From: Octopus vulgaris
Taxonomy: Eukaryota
NCBI GenBank assembly: GCA_951406725.2
Contig: OX597819.1
Coordinates: forward strand, 66,774,001 to 66,838,000
Direction of reading: 5' to 3'
Length of the DNA: 64,000 nucleotides
Part shown: positions 55,357 to 64,000 of the stretch, piece by piece
Numbering within the stretch: position 1 is the first letter of the stretch
Layout of the letters: every line of letters begins with the position of its first letter
The notes under the pieces: model-generated
Databases searched by the model: none
What the model saw: only the letters and a program-made list of their open reading frames with translations
What the model was told of the DNA's origin: nothing
Position numbers and translations under genes: made by a program

Positions 55357-56343
55357 GTATATATATATACATATATAATTGTGTGTGTGTAGAGAGAGAG
55401 AGACATGCGTGTTGAGTTTTTACGTACTGATTATGAGTGTGTATATAAAATAAGTCATTTTCGTTGATGAATATATATAAGAGAATAAATGGCGATAATA
55501 AATATTACAATAAATAAAAATATATAATACCTTCACACACACACACACACAAACACGTGGACACTCACACTTACAAGCATATAGGCGCGGAAATACACGC
55601 ACACCATGAAAGAACAACACATACATCTACGAGACATGAATTAATGTTATGAAGCAGTCGTAGTATAGTCGGGTTAATGTTTGAAATCCATCACGTTTTA
55701 GGTATTTTACTCAATTTTCTGCAAATAATGCTACTGTCAAAATTTAGTGCAGCTGGGGAAATAATTTGCATACATTTTATAAATCTACTCCACGCACACA
55801 CATGCACCACACACATATACACATACATATACATATTATCTGGAATCTCTCCCTCTCTCTCAGTATGTGTCTATCTATCTATGTTATATGTGCTTACATA
55901 TACGTATATATTTAAAACGTGTGTGTATGTTTGTATATGTGCATATAAAATTTCCTTCTTGTTCCTTCCTCTTAAATAGATACATAGGTTGAGTAGAAAA
56001 TCATTCTACTTGCTAAGTACAAAATCAAATAGAATTCAGGCCGGGCTCCACAATTCAAAATCGTTGCAATTGGTTGTGGGATTGTGTGTGTGTGCGTGTG
56101 TCTTGGCAAGGTAGTGTATCTACAGCTATTGTCTTATTTTATAAATTTTTCATTTTATGCAACCCCACGAATATACGCTACACAATGGTGCGTACATTGA
56201 ACCTATCGCCTCTCTTTGCAAAATAAGGAGTAAAGACCACCTTTTATGTTGTCCAGCTATTCTTGTGCATATATTGATTGTACCAAAACTCTTATTTAGA
56301 AATCCGTTTTGAATTTTGATTCAACTATATCAGCTACGCGCCT

Positions 56344-56401
<58 letters not shown>

Positions 56402-56423
56402 CATGTATATACATATACATACA

Positions 56424-56469
<46 letters not shown>

Positions 56470-56846
56470 TATGACTTATCGATGCTGTTGTACATATGGT
56501 AAATGTCTTTGGCAGTTGTCGTTTCTTTGGTATATTTCTTCCCCAAAACATTTATTTTAGTGCTGTTGAGACCACCGGATTAAATAGTACTACCCAGGAG
56601 TCTAAACCATAATGATATACGTGAGGCAACTAATGATGGAGGTATGTTGGATTGTTTTTATGGCTGTGTTTGTGTATGTAGAATAGTATCATAAAACATA
56701 CTTTTGATATACATATATGAAGAGAAAATGAGTAAGAGTAAAATGTATGAGCGAAAGAGAGATTTAAATTAAAACGTACCGTGCCTCATGGCTCAAGTTT
56801 ACGGCCACTGCAACATTAAGGTGTGAGCAATGTGCGTGTGTGAGCA

Positions 56847-56885
<39 letters not shown>

Positions 56886-57724
56886 TATGTGTGTGTCTGA
56901 ATCTGCGTGTATGTTGTGTGATGGTTCTGTGTATTAAGCCTTACTAAAATAAACTACACTGTAGATGTAATGGTTATGATCACAAGCTTTTTGTGACCTT
57001 AATCAAAATATTAGACAGCATTAGGATCATGCTAATGCAATTATACCGCTTCACTAAGTCCCATCATCATTTCCCTCCTCAAAATTTTCATCTCTTCATC
57101 CCTTTTTTTCCCCTTGCATACCAACGGAATATCATAATCGGTATTTCCCTGCAACAATCCAGAATAATACCAAAAAGTTATATGTACATTCCCTTTTCAA
57201 ATATTGAATGTTGTATCGCTGTGAAATTCGAATTACGTTTAGGTCTTGGTTGTAAAACCTACAAATTAGTTCCTATGATAATTAGATGAGTCAAAGTGGA
57301 GCTGCTACGCACCTATTATTGCAACAAAAATAACGTTTTATATATCCTCAACTTGGCATGTTATCAAAGCACGGCCTTCCTATGCGCCATATATTGTTCT
57401 AAATAAAAAATGTAAGTAAAAAATATATGAATTATTATGTATTTATATATTTTCCTTTCTATATCTGTTGTACATTATTAACTCGCACTCAGCTGGATAC
57501 GACGAAGACGACGGTTTTAACTGATCCGATCAACGGAACGACCTGCTCGTGAAATCAAATTACAATACTTTGAAGTATAGGTGGAGCTAAATTTTACCCG
57601 CTAAATGGACTGTAGTAACGCGAATACTCAAGGACGGAACGTGCCACCTGAATCGAACTCAGAAAGTTACACCCTGAACCGGTTACCTTAACCACTTGGT
57701 GTCTTCAGAGATTACTATCAAACA

Positions 57725-58125
57725 TTCTTTTCTACTCCAAGCACAAGGCTGGAAATTTAAGGGATGGGGCCTTTCAATTATATCGATAACATTACACAAC
57801 GGGTACTTAATTTATAGAACCCCAAAGGATGAAAAGTAAATTCGACCTTGGCGAAATTTGATCTCAGAATGTAAAGACAGACGAAATACCTATTTCTATT
57901 TCTTTACTACCCACAAGGGGCTAAACACACAGAGGACAAACAAGGGCAGACAAACGGATTAAGTCGATTACAACGACCCCAGTGCGTAACTGGTACTTAT
58001 TTAATCGACCGAAAGGAGGAAAGGCAAAGTCGACCTCGGCGGAATTTGAACTCAACGTAAAGACAGACAAAATACCGCTAAGCATTCCTCCCGACGTGCT
58101 AACGTTTATGCCAGCTCGCCGCCTT
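57725..58125 (-). mobile_element. Tandem SINE family C units
   Basis: Two homologous units joined at GAAATACC|TATTTCT (57890). Confidence 0.75.
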
Positions 58126-58859
58126 TGTATTATCAAACATTGCATGAAAAATGTCACTGGCGGAATCTATTACATCAACCTTCTATAAAACACAAATGCA
58201 CCAGTTTTCAAACAGTCGTGAGAGACAAGAAGGGAATATTATGAATTCTTGAAGGTCATGAATGCCCGAGGCCTGGTGGTTAAGTTCTTGCAATCGCGAT
58301 CGAAAGAGCGAGGTCTCCATTTACGAACGCGTCAGTGAGTTGTGTATTTGAGAAGAAGAATCACTCCATTACACGTTGCACCTATCCACTAAGCTGCGAA
58401 TGAATAACCCAGCGTTGGATTGGCGTATCACTCAAGGTGCGTGTTATGATCTCGATTACTTACACGGCATGGAAACCGGGCAAGCGGCGATAACATTATC
58501 AAGAATTTACTGCCCATCAGACATTTATGATTGAGTATCAGCTATTCAAGATTGAATTGTGATTTCAAAATTAGAGAGAATGTGAAAAATTAGTGTCTGC
58601 TTCAATGTAAATTGCATTTTCTCTACAGCGTCTAGAAATTCATATAAAAGTCCATGGTCATTGGTACACTAAATTCTGTAGCCTACTGCTTTGTAAAATT
58701 ATGTAAGGAAAGGTAAGGATTCGGAAGCAAAGAATATTACGAAACTAGTAAAATGGTTACGCTTTTAATTTCAGTAAGTGGAAAACTTAAAGTATGCATA
58801 AAAATGTAAATAAATAAATGTTTTAAACACACATACACACACACATATTTTTATTATTA

Positions 58860-58924
<65 letters not shown>

Positions 58925-59033
58925 CATAATTACATACGCACACATAAATACGTATGTAGGTGTATTTGTGTACATATAAATACACACATATCTATATTAT
59001 GTGCAAATATCACATGTATATATATATACATAC

Positions 59034-59124
<91 letters not shown>

Positions 59125-59379
59125 CACATTCAGCGTGTATTTAGTAAAAGATCAATATACGCAATAACCAATAAAGTTAAGGAAATGTAATTTGATAAAG
59201 AGTTTCCTGTATAATTGTGAAATAAATCATGAATGTTTTCCTCTTAGAATTAAATACGTGAGTTTCACATTTCACATCTATTCCTTAGAGTAGACTAATA
59301 AATCATAAATTTATTTTTACTAACTTATTGAATGTTTTTATGTGTGAGTGATTTTCCCCCTCTCTCTCTCTCTCTTTCC

Positions 59380-59412
<33 letters not shown>

Positions 59413-59442
59413 AGTGTGTGTATACATATGTGTAGATAGATA

Positions 59443-59503
<61 letters not shown>

Positions 59504-59517
59504 GTATGTATATATAC

Positions 59518-59568
<51 letters not shown>

Positions 59569-59658
59569 CATGCATACATATAAACATAAAAATAGAAGAG
59601 TATATAAATGTATATGTAAATGCTTAAGCAATAAAGTCATCACTTATATAGTGCAATA

Positions 59659-59746
<88 letters not shown>

Positions 59747-60337
59747 CGTGTGTGTATTTGTAGCGTGCTAAATTATAAAGGCATCTCCGTCACCCTCGTT
59801 TCTTTCAATGCAAAGTATCTAGCAGTAGGATGTTGTTCGCACGATAGGCCACCCACCCCCACGCTCTCATTAACATCATTGATTCCCCTCCTTAACACTA
59901 TCCTCACCTCACTTAATTGATCCTCTCCTTTATAAACAGCATCACTCTGATAAATGACGTCGTTGGCTACGACACTGTACTCGTTTACGAAATTGGTTAA
60001 TAAAACCTAAATTGAGATGTATATTTTTACAATCACGGGTAGTATCAGAAAATATGGCATACATTTTTCAGAAATTACGATTCAACTTTTATCGAATTTC
60101 TTGCCCTTATACAAGATGAAGACACGAATACTAATTTTGAAAAGATAAATATTTATAATCAGAAAATGAAACGAAATAAATCTATATTCAAATACTTTAA
60201 AAAAAAATAATAAAGTTAAAGAAAAATTAATTTTGTTTTCGATTTTATGTTATGGAATTCAACACACACTTACACTTTTATATACAGACACACCCTCTCT
60301 CATATTCACTCCTTCTGTCTCTTCCTCTCACTGTATA

Positions 60338-60410
<73 letters not shown>

Positions 60411-60691
60411 AGAGAGAGAAAGAGAGAGATAGGCGCAACGTATTAAGGTGCGTTGAATGTGTGAAGATATATATATATATATATATATATACGTGTGTGT
60501 GTGTGTGTGTGTGTGTGTTTATATGTGTTTGTCTGTCTCTGTGTATTGATATATATATAAATATATACATATGCATACATACATATGTGTATGTGTGTGT
60601 GCATAGATTAGAGCAGAACAGAAAAGGCAAACACTGTGGTGAATATTGGCAAGAAAATATAATTTAGCTATATGAGTAAACGTTTATGCAG

Positions 60692-60779
60692 TCTCCGACA
60701 GCTGTTTCTAGATTATGCCTACTATTGGAAAAAGGTGTCGAGGGAAAATTTCATAGGCTGAGTACCCTGTCAGCGGAGA
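60692..60779 (-). ncRNA. Degenerate HHR-like motif
   Basis: TCTCC-GCTGACAG...GAAA-CAGCTG-TC-GGAGA. Stem I and the 3' core are intact, the 5' core is altered. Confidence 0.4.
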
Positions 60780-61380
60780 GAGATAGGCTAAACATAAGCA
60801 ACAATGGAATAATACTCCCCATCGATGATAATTACTGTGGTTAATAGTGTCTAGAAAGGGAGGATGAATAAAATTAGATCCAATGTAAACAAGTATTCAC
60901 TAGGTAAACCCGTTAAGAGAAAGATGGGTTTGATAGTAATTTCTGGCGAGGTAAGATAGATGATGCCAATTCCAAAGTTAAAATAGTACACTATGTGCTC
61001 ACCACCGGGCATCAAGCCTAGTATGTGCTTTCATCCTGTGACTCATAACTTTTATATCGATCAGTCTCACTTCAACTAGCTCCCCCCCCTCTGGCTGGTG
61101 AAAGGAATCATACAATCATCCAACGTTTAAATCTTTCGTTATTATTATATGGAGATGATTGGCAGGCTGACTATTCACATTGAAGAATATACTGCATCTG
61201 ATTTCGCTTCTCTTCGTTTTATTTTTTTTTTCAAGTTATATTTCTATCAACATGTTTACACTTCCCACATTCAACGCACCTTAATACGTAATGCATATAT
61301 CATGGATATATGCACGACACACGTATATTTACATTTATGAAAATAAGAAAGCTCTGTGTATTAGAGACACATCGACTACA

Positions 61381-61430
<50 letters not shown>

Positions 61431-61590
61431 TACATATGCATGTGTGTGTGTGTGTATGTGTATGCATACATATATAGCATATATCGCATAGCTTAACTTT
61501 CGAATGACGTCAACGCACTGGCTGGGTGTGAAGCTCAACATTAACCCTGATCGGAAGATTATTCCGTTAGAGGGTTATATATATATATAC

Positions 61591-61716
<126 letters not shown>

Positions 61717-62700
61717 AGAAAGAGAGAGTGATAGATACATAAATATATATCCACTCATATATATATATATACACACAGGCATGTATGTGTGTATGTATGT
61801 ATGTATGCATGTACATGCTCTTGGGTTTTGTCATACATTTCTTCATATCATTTCAAAATCTTTGTTGAAGTTTGTATTATATTCTTTATCTTTCTTTCGG
61901 CTTACTTTACATCGATAATTAACAAAATTCGTTTAGATGAGAATTTTTTCCCCTGCTGGGACAGATAAGGAACTTTGAATTCTAGCTCAAGTATTCTTTT
62001 TTATGATAGCATTGGGTAAACCCGAGAACAGTTTGGCTAATGTACGTTTCAGATTTTATAATATTGTTTCTCCATGTTCGTCATATTTATGTTGAAACCG
62101 CTCCACTGTATTCGTCGACGACTTCGTTGAACCGGAACAAAGGTTCTGATTTTGTGCCTGTTTCGTAGCGATTAGCAATAATCTATTATTCTGTACTAGA
62201 TTATTCTGTATTTCAGCGGGAAATATTTTGTAATATAATAATCTTAACTCTTTGTATTCATGCTAAATATATTTTTTCAGTGTCAAAATTTGTAAGAATA
62301 ATCAGAAAAATGACGGATATATTCTTCGTATGGGGGTGGACATTTCAAACATATAATTTGTTTTGCTATAGAGATGATATTTGACATTTGCTTTGTATTG
62401 TTAAAATATCAATTACTTATGATGATGCCGTGCATAAATTTACATCCATAAATGATCAATTACATATAAACAAACAAACTTTTGTAAATGCTTTGGCATT
62501 CACCTCCATGGGGTTTCTAATCAATAGATAGAGCTGTCAATCTCTCGCATGGAATTCTCAATTTTTTTAATGAAATATATTCAAAATTTATCCTGTCAAA
62601 AGGCCATATCAAAGCAAGATGGCTGATGAAAACTTAATGCTGGAAAATAATGTCATTCAAAACAGCGATGTAGCGTTCGCACAATTCAAGTTGTCTTTTA

Positions 62701-62918
62701 AGCTGGCAGAAACGTTAGCGCGCCGGGCGAAATGCTTAGCGCTATTTCGTCTGCCGTTACGTTCTGAGGTCAAAATCCGCCGAGGTCGACTTTGCCTTTC
62801 ATCCTTTCGGGGTCGATAAATTAAGTACCAGTTACGCACTGGGGTCGATGTAATCGACTTAATCCCTTTGTCTGTCCTTGTTTGTCCTCTCTATGTTTAG
62901 CCCCTTGTGGGCAATAAA
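62701..62918 (+). mobile_element. SINE family C, well-preserved copy
   Basis: AGCTGGCAGAAACGTTAGC...GCCGAGGTCGACTTTGCCTTTCATCCTTTCGGGGTCGATAAA...CCCCTTGTGGG, followed by an A-rich end. Confidence 0.8.
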
Positions 62919-63109
62919 AAAAAATTATACAATACCGAAAGCAATGATTGCTTATTATGAGATGCGCGCGCACATACACACACTTGGAACACATTCATAC
63001 AAACATACATACATACATACATACATGCATACATAAATACATATATACATTCATACATAAATACGTACATACATGTATATATATGTTTGTCTGTCCTTGT
63101 TCGTATCTG

Positions 63110-63505
63110 TGTTTATTTCCCACTAGGGGCTAAACATAGAGAGGACAAACAAGGATAGGCTAAAGGATTAAGTCGATTACATCGACACCAGTGCGTAATT
63201 GGTACTTAATTTCTCGGCACTGAAAGGACGAAAGGCTAAGTCGACCTCGGCGGAGTTTGAACTCAGAACGTACTGGCAGACGAAATACCTATTTCTTTAC
63301 TACCCACAAGAGACTAAACTCTGAGAGGACAAACAAGAACATACAAACGGATTAAGTCGATTATATGAACCCCAGTGCGTAACTGGTACTTATTTAATCG
63401 ACCCCGAAAGGATGAAAGACAAAGTCGACCTCGACTGAGTTTGAACTCAGAACGTAGCGGCAGGCGAAATACCTATTTATTTACTACCCACAAGGGGTTA
63501 AACAC
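63110..63505 (-). mobile_element. Tandem array of SINE family C units (period ~184 bp)
   Basis: Junctions GAAATACC|TATTT at 63289 and 63473. Confidence 0.8.
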
Positions 63506-63684
63506 AGTAGTGATCTTTCGGATATCACCCTCTCTTCTTCGATCTCTCTCTTTCCTCCGTTCCCTCCAAATGTATCTCTATAACGTCGTTTGACATACAC
63601 ACATATATATATATGCGAGTGTGTGTGTGTGTGTGTTTGTGTGTGAGTGTGTGTGTGTGTGTTTTATATATATGTGTGTATCTA

Positions 63685-63907
63685 TTATAAAATAGGGTAT
63701 CTGCAAGATACCGGCATGCTGAAAATAGCAGCCAAAATCTGATTCTAAAACCAATTTAAATGTTCATACAGCACAAGGAGAGAAGACAAAAAGACAAAAT
63801 AAATTAGCAAAATATTACTGGATAATTCCAAATCCCGGATTTGTGGATTTGCGTTAAGAAATGCTTTGCCGCTTCAGTGGAATATACGCAGAAAGTAACA
63901 TAAATAC
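63685..63907 (-). mobile_element. Homologue of 29172-29400 with degenerate HHR (63827-63881)
   Basis: TCCA-CTGAAGC...CAAA-TCC-G-GGA-TT-TGGA. Confidence 0.65.
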
Positions 63908-63909
63908 AT

Positions 63910-63948
<39 letters not shown>

Positions 63949-64000
63949 CTTTATTTAAAAGCAGCAGAAAATTCAACAAAACCTGTTACTCTGAGTTTCA
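63949..64000 (-). mobile_element. Start of a third copy of the 19.3-kb HHR family arm
   Basis: (TA)n-CTTTATTTAAAAGCAGCAGAAAATTCAACAAAACCTGTTACTCTGAGTTTCA, the same boundary as 19285 and 41644. Confidence 0.85.

Noticed and set aside
59940-59990. HHR-like CTGATAA...GACA motif (also GAAACAATTGTG near 41830)
   Set aside because: Core positions are wrong and there are no convincing stems.
62000-62360. Possible Tc1-like remnant (GGHF-like end)
   Set aside because: No TIRs or catalytic motifs are identifiable.
63110-63505. CRISPR-like array
   Set aside because: The units are contiguous ~184-bp SINE copies with no unique spacers, in a eukaryotic context.

Overview
AT-rich, microsatellite-dense eukaryotic DNA. 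The repeat content resembles an octopus or other coleoid genome (inference). I see no credible host protein-coding gene, so the window looks intergenic or intronic, and nearly all listed ORFs are translations of simple repeats. The window is a nest of mobile elements. These include a near-full-length R4/Dong-clade RLE retrotransposon in (TAA)n (6063-9784) plus four 3' fragments, CR1-like, Tx1/L1-like and RTE-like LINE fragments, a mariner with both TIRs (31405-32650), a hAT end, several tRNA-derived SINE families, and Penelope-like (PLE) RT and GIY-YIG fragments. The main hidden signal is RNA structure. About a dozen type-I hammerhead-ribozyme (HHR) motifs (CTGANGA...GAAA, self-complementary stem III, then TH) from several unrelated families occur, many in elements abutting (TA)n. 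Several of these elements share a fold-back layout (inverted copy, spacer, forward copy, sometimes a tail) at scales from about 30 bp to an apparently perfect 2,113-bp inverted repeat (47682-52229). One family joins a tRNA-derived Pol III head, a (AAT)n linker and a hammerhead body. Coordinates of degraded repeats are approximate and identities were judged by eye.
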